A stretch of 64,000 bases of DNA, from NCBI GenBank assembly GCA_030390025.1, contig CM059425.1, positions 164,798,001 to 164,862,000 of the forward strand, written 5' to 3'. Source of the stretch: Squalus acanthias (lineage: Eukaryota). The notes under the pieces were generated by a model. The model was not told where the DNA came from and did not search any database. It worked only from the letters and a program-made list of their open reading frames with translations. Of this stretch, positions 13,276-26,028 are shown one piece after another (positions within the stretch are counted from its first letter, which is position 1; each line of letters opens with the position of its first letter). A program made the translations under genes and the position numbers.

Positions 13276-13640
13276 ATCCAATGGTGCCAATGAGATTGTT
13301 GAAGCTGTTGTCTGTATTCCAACCCCAATCATTTGGAAGCCAGAAGGAACAGCTGACACTACTTTGCCTCCCACTGTATCGAGCAGCAGCCATAGTTTCA
13401 ATGCCAAAAGATACAACTGTCATTAGGTCCCTTTTTTAGGAGGCCTCTGCCACAGATTGTTCTGGAGTTGCCATGCACTCATGGTTGACTGCAGTGTTGA
13501 GCACTCAGCCATCATGGTGCAGCATATATGGTTCGTATGACTCTTCCAACTGAGCTACCATCTTTAGCACATTTCTGGACACCATTCCCAATGCCTGTAC
13601 TTATTTTTGATAGAAGCATAGAAGATAGGAGCAGGAGTAG

Positions 13641-14106
13641 ACGTTTCTGTGGCAGCAAACGAGACTCCAGGATGGTATGTTGCCTCCCTGGTGCAAGGGT
13701 CAAGGATGTCTCAGAGCGGCTACAGAGCATTTTGGAAGGGGAGGGTGAACAGCCAGTTGTCGTGGTACATATAGGTACCAACGATATAGGTAAAAAACGG
13801 GATGAGGTCCTAAAAGCAGAATATAGGGAGTTAGGAGGTAAATTAAAAAATAGGACCTCAAAGGTGGTAATCTCAGGATTGCTACCAGTGCCACGTGCTA
13901 GTCAGAGTAGAAATAGAAGGATATTTCAAATGAATACGTGGCTAGAGGAATGGTGCAAGGGAGAGGGATTCAAATTCCTGGGGTATTGGAACCGGTTCTG
14001 GGGGAGGTGGGACCAGTACAAACCGGACGGTCTACACCTGGGCAGGGCCGGGACCGATGTCCTAGGGGGAGTGTTTGCTAGTGCTCTGGGGGAGGGTATA
14101 AACTAA
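13641..14106 (+). pseudogene. CR1 ORF1 C-terminal SGNH/esterase domain (5'-truncated)
   Basis: VCCLPGARVKDV, VVVHIGTNDIG, YKPDGLHL motifs. Confidence 0.85.
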
Positions 14107-14279
14107 AATGGCAGGGGGTTGGGAACCTGAGCAGGGAGACAGAGGAAAGGGAAACAAGGATAAAAGCAAAAGATAGGAAGGAGAAAAACAAAAGTTGCAG
14201 TCAGAGAAAACAACGGTTTAAATCAAACATGGCCACAGTAAATACTAATTCTAATAGGTCTAAGAGCGTTAAAAAAACA

Positions 14280-17091
14280 AGCCTGAAGGCTTTGTGTCTT
14301 AATGCAAGGAGCATTCGGAACAAGGTGGATGAATTAGCTGCGCAAATAGAGGTAAACTAATATGATTTGATTGGGATTACCGAAACATGGCTCCAGGGTG
14401 GCCAAGGCTGGGAACTTAATATCCAGGGGTACTCAATATTCAGGAAAGATAGGCAAAAAGGAAAGGGAGGTGGGGTAGCATTGCTGGTTAAAGAGGGGAT
14501 TAACACAATTGAAAGGAAGGATATTAGCTCTGATGATGTGGAATCTGTATGTATGGGTTGAACTGAGAAATAACAAGGGGCAGAAAACGTTAGTGGGAGT
14601 GATATATAGACCTCCAAACAGTAATGCGGAGGTTGGGGATGGCATTAAAAGGGAAATTAGAGAAGCGTGCAATAAGGGCACAGCAGTCATCATGGGTGAC
14701 TTTAATCTACATAAAGATTGGGCTAACCAAATTAGTAACAATACTATGGAGGAGGAATTCCTGGAGTGTTTACGGGATGGTTTCCTGGACCAATATGTCG
14801 AGGAACCAACTAGAGATCAGGCCATCTTAGACTGGGTATTATGCAATGAGAAAGGATTAATTAGCAATCTTGTGCGAGGCCCCTTGGGTTGGAGCGATCA
14901 TAATATGATAGAATTCTTCATTAGGATGGAGAGTGAAGTAGTTGACTCAGAGACTAGGGTCCTGAATTTAAATAAAGGAAACTACGATGGTATGAGGTGC
15001 GAGTTGGGTAGGATTGATTGGGGAATGTCACTCAAAGGGTTGACGGTGGAGAGGCAATGGTAAACATTCAAAGACCGCATGGACGAACTACAGAATTTGT
15101 TCATCCCAGTTTGGCATAAAAATAAAACAAAAAGGGTGACTCAACCATGGCTAACGAGGGAAATTAGGGATAGCATAAGATCCAAGGAGAGGGCATATAA
15201 ATTGGCCAGAAAAAGTAGTAACCCTGTGGATTGGGAGCAGTTTAAGATTCAACAAAGGAGGACAAAGGGATTAATTAAGAAGGGAAAAATAGAATACGAG
15301 AGTAAGCTTGCAGGGAACATAAAAACTGACTGTAAAAGCTTTTATAGATATGTGAAGAGAAAAAGATTAGTGAAATCAAGCATAGGTCCCTTGCAGTCAG
15401 AATCAGGGGAACTTATAATGGGGAACAAAGAAATGTCAGACCAATTAAATACATATTTTGGTTCTGTCTTCACAAAGGAGGACACAAATAACCTCCCAGA
15501 GATGTTGGGGAACATAGGGTCTGATGAAAGGGAGGAACTGAAAGAAATCAGTATTTGTAGGGAAATGGTGTTAGGGAAATTGAAGGGATTGAAGGCCGAT
15601 AAATCCCCAGGGCCTGATAATTTACATCCTAGGGTACTTAAGGAAGTGGCCCTAGAAATAGTAGATGCATTGCTGATCATCTTCCAACATTCAATGGAAT
15701 CTGGAACAGTTCCCATGGATTGGAGGGTAGCTAATGTTACCCCACTATTCAAAAAGGGTGGTAGAGAGAAAACGGGGAATTACAGACCGGTAAGCCTGAC
15801 ATCGGTAGTGGGGAAAATGCTAGAGTCCATTATAAAAGATGTAATAGCTGAGCACTTGAAAAACAGTGACAGGATCGGACAAAGTCAACATGGATTTACA
15901 AAAGGTAAATCATGCTTGACTAATCTATTGGAATTTTTTGAGGATGTAACTGGTAAAATAGATAAGGGAGAACCAGTGGATGTGGTGTATTTGGACTTCT
16001 AAAAGGCTTTTGATAAGGTCCTGCATAAGAGATTAGCATGTAAAGTTAAGGCACATGGGATTGGGGGCAAGGTATTGACTTGGATAGAGAACTGGTTGGC
16101 AAACAGAAAACAAAGAGTTGTAATAAATGGGTCTTTTTCCGAGTGGCAGGCAGTGACTAGTGGGGTACCACAGGGATCGGTCCTTGGACCCCAGCTATTC
16201 ACAATATATATTAATGATCTAGACAAGGGAACTAGATGTAATATCTCCAAGTTTGCAGACGACACAAAACTGGGTGGGCGTGTGTGCTGCGAGGAGGATG
16301 CCGAGAAACTCCAGTATGATTTGGACAGGTTGGGTGATTGGGCAAAAGCGTGGCAGATGCAATATAACATCGATAAATGCGAGGTTATCCACTTTGGTGT
16401 CAAAAACAGAAAGGCAGATTATTATCTGAATGGCAATAGATTGGGAGAAGGGGAAGTGCAACGAGACCTGGGTGTCCTTGTGCACCAGTCGCTGAAGGTA
16501 AGCATGCAGGTGCAGCAGGCGGTTAAGAAGGCAAATGGTATGTTGGCCTTCATAGCGAGAGGGTTTGAGTACAGGAACAAGGATGTCTTGCTGCAGTTGT
16601 ACAGGGCCTTGGTGAGACCACACCTTGAGTACTGTGTGCAGTTTTGGTCGCCTTATCTGAGGAAGGATGTTCTTGCCATGGAAGGAGTTCAGTGAAGATT
16701 CACAAGGCTGATACCTGGGATGGCAGGAATGACGTATGAAGAAAGATTGTGTCGATTGGGCTTATACTCGCTGGAGTTTAGAAGAATGAGAGGGGATCTC
16801 ATTGAAACTTATAAAATTCTGACAGGACAGGACAAACTAGATGCAGGAAGGATGTTCCCGATGGTCGGGGAGTCCAGAACCAGGGGTCACAGTCTAAGGT
16901 TAAGGGGTAAGCCATTTAGGACAGAAATTAGGAGGAATTTCTTCACTCAGAGAGTGGTGAACCTGTGGAATTCTCTGCCACAGAAGGCAGTAGAGGCCAA
17001 TTCATTAAATAGATTCAAGAAGGAGTTGGATATATTTCTTAAGGCTAAAGGGATCAAGAGATATGGGGAGAAAGCAGGGACAGGGTACTGA
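14280..17091 (+). pseudogene. CR1 ORF2 (APE endonuclease + reverse transcriptase), disrupted
   Basis: IGITETW, IMGDFN, SDH (APE); QHGF, YLDF, GVPQGSVLGP, FADD (RT); in-frame stops at ~14358, 15061, 16000, 16693 and a frameshift near 14550. Confidence 0.9.
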
Positions 17092-20019
17092 ATTTGGATG
17101 ATCAGCCATGATCGCATTGAATGGCGGAGCAGGCTAGAGGGGCCGAATGGCCTACTCCTGCTCCTATCTTCTATGATTCTATGAGTAGGCCATTCAGCCG
17201 CTCGAGCCTGCTCCGCCATTTAATGAGATCATGGCTGATCATCCAAATTCAGTACCCTGTCCCTGCTTTCTCCCCATATCCCTTGATCCCCTTAGCCTTA
17301 AGAAATATATCTAACTCCTTCTTGAATATATTTAATGAATTGGCCTCAACTGCCTTCTGTGGCAGAGAATTCCACAGGTTCACCACTCTCTGGGTGAAGA
17401 AATTCCTCCTCATCTCAGTCCTAAATGGCTTACCCCTTATCCTTAGACTGTGACCTCTGGTTCTGGACTCCCCCGCCATCAGGAACATCCTTCCTGCATC
17501 TAGTCTGTCTAGTCCTGTTAGAATTTTATAAGTTTCAATGAGATCCCCTCTCATTCTTCTAAACTCTAGCGAATATAAGCCTAATCGACCCAATCTCTCT
17601 TCATACGTCATTCCTGCCATCCCAGGTATCAGTCTGGTAAATCTTTGCTGCACTCCCTCCATGGCAAGAACATCCTTCCTCAGATAAGGCGACCAAAACT
17701 GCACACAATACTCAAGGTGTGGTCTCACCAAGGCCTTGTACAACGGCAGCAAGACATCCTTGCTCCTGTACTTGAATCCTCTCGATATGAAGGCCAACAT
17801 ACCATTTGCCTTCTTAACCGCCTGCTGCACCTACATGCTTACCTTCAGCGACTGGTGCACAAGGACTCCCAGATCTTGTTTCACTTCCCCTTTTCCCAAT
17901 CTATTGCCGTTCAGATAATAATCTGTCTTCCTGTTTTTGCCACCAACGTGGATAACCTCGCATTTATCCACATTATACTGCATCTGCCCAATCACCCAAC
18001 CTGTCCAAATCATACTGGAGTTTCTCTGCATCCTCCTCGCAGCACACACGCCCACCCAGCTTTGTGTCATCTGCAAACTTGGAGATATTACATCTAGTTC
18101 CCTCGTCTAGATCATTAATATATATTGTGAATAGCTGGGGTCCTAGCACCGGTCCCTGCGGTACCCCACTAGTCACTGCCTGCCACTCGGAAAAAGACCC
18201 GTTTATTCCAACTCTTTGCTTCCTGTCTGCCAACCAATTTTCTATCCAAGAAAGTACCTTACCCCCAATCCCGTGTGCTTTAACTTTGCACGCTAATCTC
18301 TTATGCGGGACCTTATCGAAAGCCTTCTGAAAGTCCAAATACACCACATCCACTGATTCTCTCTTATCTATTCTACCAGTTACATCCTCAAAAAATTCCA
18401 GCAGATTAGTCAAGCATGATTTACCCTTTGTAAATCCATGTTGACTTTGTTCGATCCTGTCACTGTTTTCCAAGTCTATTATAATGGATTCCAGCATTTT
18501 CCCCACTACCGATGTCAGGCTTACCGGTCTATAATTCCCCATTTTCTCTCTACCACCTTTTTTAAATAGTGGGGTTACATTAGCTACCCTCCAATCCATG
18601 GGAACTGTTCCAGAGTCTATAGAATTTTGAAAGATGACCAGCAATGCATCTACTATTTCTAGGGCCACTTCCTTAAGTACCCTAGGATGTAGATTATCAG
18701 GCCCTGGGGATTTATCGGCCTTCAATCCCGTTAATTTCCCAAACACCATTTCCCTACAAATACTTATTTCATTCAATTCCTCCCTCTCATTAGACCTTAT
18801 GTTCCCCGACATCTCTGGGAGTTTATTTGTGTCCTCCTTTGTGAAGACAGAACCAAAGTATGTATTTAATTGGTCTGCCATTTCTTTGTTCCCCATTATA
18901 AATTCACCTGATTCTGACTGCAAGGGACCTACGCTTGACTTCACCAATCCTTTTCTCTTCACATATCTATAGAAACTTTTACAGTCAGTTTTTATGTTCC
19001 CTGCAAGCTTACTCCTATACTCTATTTTCCCCCTCTTAATTAATCCCTTTGTCCTCCTTTGCTGAATCCTAAACTGCTCCCAATACTCAGGTTTGCTGCT
19101 TTTTCTGGCCAATTTATATGTCCTCTCCTTGGATCTTATGCTATCCCTAATTTCTGTTGTTAGCCACAGTTGAGTCACCTTTTTTGTTTTATTTTTATGC
19201 CAAACAGGGATGAATAAATTCTGTAGTTCATCCATGCAATCTTTAAATGTTTGCCATTGCCTATCCACCGTCAACCTTTTAAGTAACGCTCCCCTATCCA
19301 TCCTAGCCAACTCGCGCCTCATACCATCGTAGTTTCCTTTATTTAAATTCAGGACCCTATATGTGTCTATATAGGGTCTATATGTGTCCTTATTTTAAAT
19401 GTCAGACCCCCAAGATCTGGATCCCAAGGCTCCTTAACCAAAAGCAGATGTCCCCCATACCTTCCGATCAACAATAAATGCTCTCTTTTCTTCTACCCCT
19501 GTTCCTTCTAGCCACTCGTGCTCTGTACATTATATCGTGTATAACTCTCGGGCTCACTAATGGCTCCCCCCGGGTGGGTGTGTCTAGACTGATGCTTGGA
19601 AGTTAGACCATGAAATATAGAGGAGCCTGACTGAAAGGTCACCTTCTTCCACTGTGATTGGACCATTCCTTTTGTTGGCCTCTTTCCCTCAGCCCCAAGA
19701 ACAGCTCCCTTCTTTGCATCTTTTGAACCAACAAATCCTCTACAGAGGAGTATGAAAACTTAACTTTCCAATCAAAAGGAACATCTACCTCACTGTCTCT
19801 GAGGCAATCTCTTACAAGCTTCTTGCCAAATCCTTTCATTGGAGATGTACACCTTTTTCCTATTCCCACACCCCAGAACCGTTGTGTTAAAAAAAATTGT
19901 TTTAATTTTGGCTACATTTCATGAAAGCATTGTGCCATATATAGAAGGCACAATAATATCAGCCCATTATCTTAAATGTTGATACGCACATATATGATCC
20001 AAACTGTTTTTCATTTCAG

Positions 20020-20144
20020 GATATTGATGGAAAAGAAGGCTTCACTTTCTCTCCGATTTCAGTTCAAGTGTTTCAAAGATCTGCATATTCACCACTTTGA
20101 TGTTATGCTTTGCTATGATTTATTAGGATCCATTCCATCCCAAG
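20020..20144 (+). CDS. OAS1: OAS1-like coding exon 3 (RILMEKKASLSLRFQF...HFDVMLCYDLLGS)
   Basis: Carries the third catalytic Asp in FDVML (human FDVLPAFDALG); TTTCAG| acceptor, AAG|GTTTGC donor; phases match neighbours; 125 nt. Confidence 0.88.
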
Positions 20145-21099
20145 GTTTGCATTTTATTTTCCACTGTATTATTTAGATCTGAGCACATAATGCATTTTGC
20201 TGTAGGCAATGTATTCAAAGGAATACAGCTTTGAAAAAATATTCAAGCTATTTAACAGATTGAGAACAATCACTTAAAGAAATACTCCATGGCATCTTTC
20301 ATATGATGGCTTTTCATACACACATTTTTGGGAAAATATATTCTTTGCAGCAAATTAAGTAATAAGATTATACTTTTTTCCTTGGTAGCTTCCAAGTAGA
20401 GCTGTTATTGTCTTAATTTTTCTCCATTTAAGGCACACATGGAATACCAAAGCATGACCTCCCATTGCCTAGGTTTACTTTTGCAACACTCATTCTCCAA
20501 GTCAGTGAAAGATCAAGCATATTCCACAAATGAGAAAGACCCTCATAACTTGCTTGTGACTTCAGCACTTGTATTTAACTCTTCCCATTATCTTCTCTTT
20601 ATTATGCAAGAGGTTTTTTTTCTTCGAATGGGATAGCCATCTCTATTCAATTTGTAAAATAAATTAAACTAGACAATAACTCATCACATGGGATTGGAGG
20701 TAGTTTCTTTTCTGGCATATTCCTCCTTGTATACCATCAGATTTTTTTGGTGGTCTCTTTTGTTTGTGTAATATTTATTTTATTTTTTGGCTCACATTGA
20801 TTTCATTTTCTTTACTGTATTTTTATCCATACGGCTATTTTTACTTTTAACTTATTGGGTAAAATAAGGTCTTGGTTTATTGTTTACTTAATGCTTTGTC
20901 TTGTTTCCTGTTCCTTGCTACTTTTCCATATTTATTAGTGGGTGGTGACACAAAGGATCAGATGCCCTCTCCCCTGCTCTCCCAAAGGTAGTAGCCTGGA
21001 TTTTATTGTGTGCCCATCTAGTCTTCATGATGGAGCTTCAGAGGCACAGGCAGCAAGAGTAGCAGCAGCCTGAAGATGATGCAGAGGATAGCCTATTGC

Positions 21100-21430
21100 C
21101 ACCTTCAACAGACATTCATGCTACTCTCATACTAGAGACCTTCTCTTGACTACAATAACTGCAACCGTCCTGAACTTTCATACAATGAGGTCATTTCAGG
21201 CTGTCACTAGGTGGGGGATTTCAATATCTGTGTACAGACGCAATAAGCAAGTCACAGATGCATTGCTTGTCAGAGCAAGAAGATTCAATTCCTTCCCAAT
21301 AGGCAATTGGCAGCAGTGCGACAAGATACTACAGTTTTAGAGAGTGGCAGGATTCCCAAAGGTCCAAGGAGTCATAGATGCCTCAGACTATGTCAATAGA
21401 AAAATATTCCACTTTCTCAGTGTAGTTAGT
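21100..21430 (+). pseudogene. ancient HARBI1-type transposase remnant
   Basis: VLNFHTMRSFQ...QVTDALLVRARRFNSFP...VAGFPKVQGVID...VNRKIFH, broken by stops/indels. Confidence 0.6.
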
Positions 21431-22145
21431 CAATTCTGATTATGGTGCAGGAATGGAGCTCATTATATTAGTGCTCAGGTTGTGTCGTGGAAAACTATAC
21501 AGGTTTCAAGGAGTTCTTGAATGATTAAATGCCTTAAAATGATGGCATCATGGCTATTCCCAGAGAAGCCAATATTCACTTGCAAGATGTTCAGTAAGAG
21601 TAGCAGAGGGCAATCCATTGCAAACTGCAAGAAACTTATTCAAGAGATCTTCTCTTGACTATAATATCTGATCACTCCAATGCCAGTCTGCATACACAAC
21701 AACTGTAGTGCAACCCTAATTTTAATGTGAAATCATATTATGTGTGTGCCTAGTGTTTCTTCCTACACTGCTTTCCCTTGGTACCAGTGTATAAAGAATG
21801 TGCTCTTAAACCTAGCTGTTTAGTTCACCTAGGCGCTATCCCAATGGTGTGTGAGATGGCTGAGTTGCTACAGGTGCCTCCTGTGACTTAGGTAGCCCTT
21901 GTTTCAAAGTAGCTTACTCCTGAGATTGACCTGCTGTAGGCGGGACCTCTTATGCTGCTTCCTTTCTGCTGCACGTGTAGGCTACGCTGCCTCACACACT
22001 AGAGAAAAATTGGGTGTTAAAGTGAATCACGATTCTTCATAACTATTTTGTTTTCAAACTAAACAGGCAATTTTTTTTTGTTTGATCACTTTTATTTTAC
22101 CTCTTAAATGCAGGCTTTATTCAGTTGATGAAACTATTGCACTGG

Positions 22146-25100
22146 GAATGGTAGTGTAGTGGTAATGTCACTGGGCTAGTAATCCAGAGACATGAGTTCA
22201 AATCCCACCATGGCAGCTGGGGAATTTAAATTCAGTTAATTAAATAAATCAGTAATGGTAGCCATGAAACTATCGGATTGTCGTAAAAACCCATTTGGTT
22301 CACTGATGTCCATTAGGGAAAGAAATCTGCTGGCCTATATGTGACTCCCGACCCACAGCAATGTGGTTGATACTTAACTGCCCTCTGAAATGGCTTAGCA
22401 AACCGCTACGAAACAAAATAATAAGAATCAAACTGGACGGACCACCTGCCATCGACACGGCAACGGCACACCCAGCCCAGTCAATCCTGCAAAGTCCTCT
22501 TCACCAACATCAGGGGACTTGTGCCAAAATTGGGAGAGCTGTCCCACAGACTAGTCAAGCAACAATAATAACAACAGAAAACGCTGGAAAAACTCAGCAG
22601 GCCAGGCAGCATCCGTGGAGAGAGAAAGAGAGTTAACGTTTCAGGTCGATGACCTTTCGCCAAGCAACAGCCTGACATAGTCATACTCACAGAATCATAC
22701 CTTTCAGCCAATGTCCTGAACTCCTCCATCGCCATCCCTGGGTATGTCCTGTCCCACCGGCAGGACAGACCCACCAGGGGTGGCGGCACAGTGATATACA
22801 GTCGGGAAGGAGTGGCCCTGGGAGTCCTCAACATTGACTCTGGAGCCCATGAAGTCTCATGGCTTCAAGTCAAGTCAAGCATGGGCAAGGAAACCTCCTG
22901 CTGATTACCACCTACTGCCCTCCCTCAGCTGATGAATCAGTACTCCTCCATGTTGAACACCACTTGGACGAAGCACTGAGAGTAGCAAGGGCACAGAATG
23001 TACTCTGGGTGGGGGACTTCAATGTCCATCACCAAGAGTGGCTCGGTAGCACCACTGCTGGCTGAGTCCTGAAGGATATAACTGCCAGTCTGGGCCTGCG
23101 ACAGGTGGTGAGAGAACCAACACGAGGGGAAAAACCTACTTCACCTTGTCCTCACCAACCTACCTGTTGCAGATGCATCTGTCCAGTATTGGTAGCAGTG
23201 ACCACTGCACAGCCATTGTGGCGACGAAGTCCCATCTTCACACTGAGGACACCCTCCATCGTGTTGTGTGGCATTACCACTGTGCTAAATGGGATAGATT
23301 CAGAACAGATCTAGCAGCTCAAAACTGGGCATCCATGAGGCGCTGTGGGGCAGCAGCAGAATTGTATTCCACCACAATCTGTAACCTCATGCCCGGCATA
23401 TCCCTCACTCTACCATTACTATCAAGCCAGGGGATCAACCCTGGTTCAATAAGGAGTGTAGAAGAGCATGCCAGGAGCAGCACCAGGCGTACCTAAAAAT
23501 GAGGTGCCAACTTGGGGAAGCTGCAACACATGCAAACTAAAAAGCGGAAGCAGCATGCTATAGACAGGGCTAAATGATCCCACAATCAATGGATCAGATC
23601 AAAGCTCTGCAGTCCTGCCACATCCAGTCGTGAATGGTGGTGGACCATTAAACGACTAACGGGAGGAGGAGGCGCCATGAATATCCCCATCCTCAATGAT
23701 GGTGGAGCCCAGCACGTGAGTGCAAAAGACAAGACTGAAGCATTTTCAGCCAGAAGTGCTGAGTGGATGATCCATATCGGCCTATTCCTGAGGATCACAT
23801 AAGCCAGTCTTCAGCCAATTCGATTCACTCCACGTGATATCAAGAAACGGCTGAGCGCACTGGATACAGCAAAGGCTATGGGCCCTAACAACATCCCGGC
23901 TATCGTGCTGAAGAATTGTGCTCCAGAACTAGCCGCGCCTCTAGCCAAGCTGTTCCAGTACGGCTACAACACTGGCATCTATCCGACAATGTGTAAAAGT
24001 GCCCAGGTATGTCCTGTCCACAAAAAGCAGGACAATTCCAACCCAGCCAATTACCGCCCATCAGTCTACTCTCAATCATCAGCAAAGTGATGGAAGGTGT
24101 CATCGACAGTGCTATCAAGCGGCACTTACTCACCAATAACCTGTTCACAATTGCCCAGTTTTAGTTCCGCCAAGACCACTCGGCTCCCAACCTCATTACA
24201 GCTTTGGTCCAAACACGGACAAAGAAGCTGAATTCCAGAGGTGAGCTGAGAGTGACTACCCTTGACATCAAGGCAGCATTTGACCAAGTGTGGCATCAAG
24301 GAGCCCTAGTAAAACTGAAGTCAATGGTATTCAGGGGGAAAACGCTCCACTGGCTGGAGTCATACCTAGCACAAAGGAAGATGGTTGTGGTGGTTGAAGG
24401 TCAATCATCACAGCCCCAGGACATCGCTGCAGGGGTTCCTCAGGACAGTGTCCTCGGCCCAACCAGCTTCAGCTGCTTCATCAATGACCTTCCCTCCAAC
24501 ATAAGGTCAGAAATGGGGATGTTCACTGATGATTGCACAGCGTTCAGCGCCATTCACAACTCCTCAGATAATGAAGCAGTCCATGCCCGCATGCAACAAG
24601 ACCTGGACGACGTTCAGGCATGAGCTGATAAGTGGCAGGTAAAATTCGTGCCACAGAAGTGCCAGGCAATGACAATCTCTAACAAGCGAGAGTCTAACCA
24701 CCACCCCTTGACATTCAACGGCATTACCATCGCTGAATTCCCCCACCATCAACAACCTGGGGGTCACCATTGACCAGAAACTTAACTGGACCAGCCACAT
24801 AAATACTGTGGCAACAAGAGCAGGTCAGAGGCTAGGTATTCTGCGGTGAGTGTCTCACCTCCTGACTCCCCAAAGTCTTTCCACCAGCTACAAGGCACAA
24901 GTAAGGAGTGTGATGGAATACTCTCCACTTGCCTGGATGAGTGCAGCTCCAACAACACTCAAGAAGCTCGACACCATCCAGGACAAAGCAGCCCGCTTGA
25001 TTAGCACCCCATCCACCACCTTAAACATTCACTCCCTCCACCACCGGCGTACCGTGGCTGCAGTGTGTACCTTCTACAAGATGCACTGCAGCAACTCGCC

Positions 25101-25433
25101 AAGGCTTCTTCGGCAGCACCTCCCAAACCCGCAACCTCTTCCATCTAGAAGGACAAGGACAGCAGGCGCATGGGAACACCACCACCTCCAAGTTCCCCTC
25201 CAAGTCACACACCATCCTGACTTAGAAGTATATCGCCGATCCTTCATCGTCGTTGGGTCAAACTCCTGGAACTCCCTACCAACAGCACTGTGGGAGTACC
25301 TTCACCACACAGACTGCAGCCGTTCAAGAAGGTGGCTCACCACCATTTCTCAAGGGCAATTAGGGATGGGCAATAAATGCTGGTCTTGCCAGTGATGCGC
25401 ACATCCCATAAACGAATATATATAAAAAAAAAA
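22146..25433 (+). mobile_element. full-length CR1-group (L2/Crack/Daphne-like) LINE, single APE-RT ORF (disrupted), tRNA-like 5' head
   Basis: A-box TGGTAGTGTAGTGG and B-box AGTTCAAATCC at 5' end; DIVILTESYL, VGDFN, SDH, LDIKAAFDQVWH, FTDD, YKAQVRSVMEYS; 3' end CACATCCCATAAACGAAT + A-tail. Confidence 0.88.
22565..22660. mobile_element. 96-bp insertion (Penelope-like repeat fragment) with 9-bp TSD
   Basis: TSD CAAGCAACA at 22556-22564 and 22661-22669; absent from the sister LINE copy at ~44355. Confidence 0.7.
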
Positions 25434-25435
25434 TT

Positions 25436-25810
25436 TGAATCAGAAGTTTGTGAGTTCAAATTCTACTCCAGGACTTAAGCCGTTAATATAGACTAACACT
25501 TCAATGCGTGAGGGAGTGCTGCATTTTCAGAGATGCTGTAGTTCAGGTGAACCATTAAACTGAAGCCATATATGCCTGTTATTCTAGTGGATATGAATGA
25601 TCCCATGGCAGTATTTATATTCTGGCCAGCACTTTTCTCTTAACCAGCACGCCAAAAATAGATTAACTGCTTATTCCTCTGCTGTCTGTAGGATGCTATG
25701 TGCAAAATGACTGTTCTGTTTGTCTCTGCCTTAAAAACATTTGCTGCACTTCGAAATAATTCATTGTGCAGCTCTTTGTGATGCTTCTAACAGATGTTGA
25801 TATCTTCTTC
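25436..25810 (+). mobile_element. degenerate Deu-domain SINE
   Basis: Decayed match to 9545-9950 and 27683-28100. Confidence 0.6.
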
Positions 25811-25838
25811 AAGCGGTTTCTTTTTTAATATTGTACAG

Positions 25839-26028
25839 ATGTTAAAAGGAGCTTATATCGACAACTGTACAATTGTGGGGATGATGTAAAAATCCAGCTT
25901 TATTCAATCTCTCTGCTGCAATACCAGGTGGATTTTGTGAAGGTATCTACTGTTGGTGTAAAGGATCTGATTCGTCTGGTTAAACATTGGTTTAAGACCT
26001 CACTCGCTAAGCCCACTGAGGCCAATAG
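25839..26028 (+). CDS. OAS1: OAS1-like coding exon 4 (DVKRSLYRQL...YQVDFVK...VKDLIRLVKHWFK)
   Basis: Hallmark LIRLVKHW motif; TACAG| acceptor, AG|GTTTGT donor; 190 nt; open frame, missed by the ORF track. Confidence 0.93.

Larger units (their letters stand above)
13641..17182 (+). mobile_element. near-full-length young CR1 LINE (ORF1 3' part, ORF2, 3' UTR)
   Basis: 6-bp TSD GAGTAG (13635-13640 and 17183-17188); (TTCTATGA)n tail; APE and RT domains with few lesions. Confidence 0.95.
13610..19358 (-). mobile_element. CR1 LINE (5'-truncated) on -, split by a younger + CR1; parts 13610-13640 (tail) and 17183-19358 (body)
   Basis: RT ORFs 17973-19322 (FADD), 17831-18076 and 17249-17830; tail ATAGAAGCATAGAAGATAGGAGCAGGAGTAG continues as GAGTAGGCCATTC at 17183. 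Confidence 0.92.

Noticed and set aside
15342..18972. Multiple antisense ORFs over CR1 copies
   Set aside because: Shadow frames of the RT coding strand
22146..22215. Functional tRNA gene
   Set aside because: No full cloverleaf; it is the head of a retroelement
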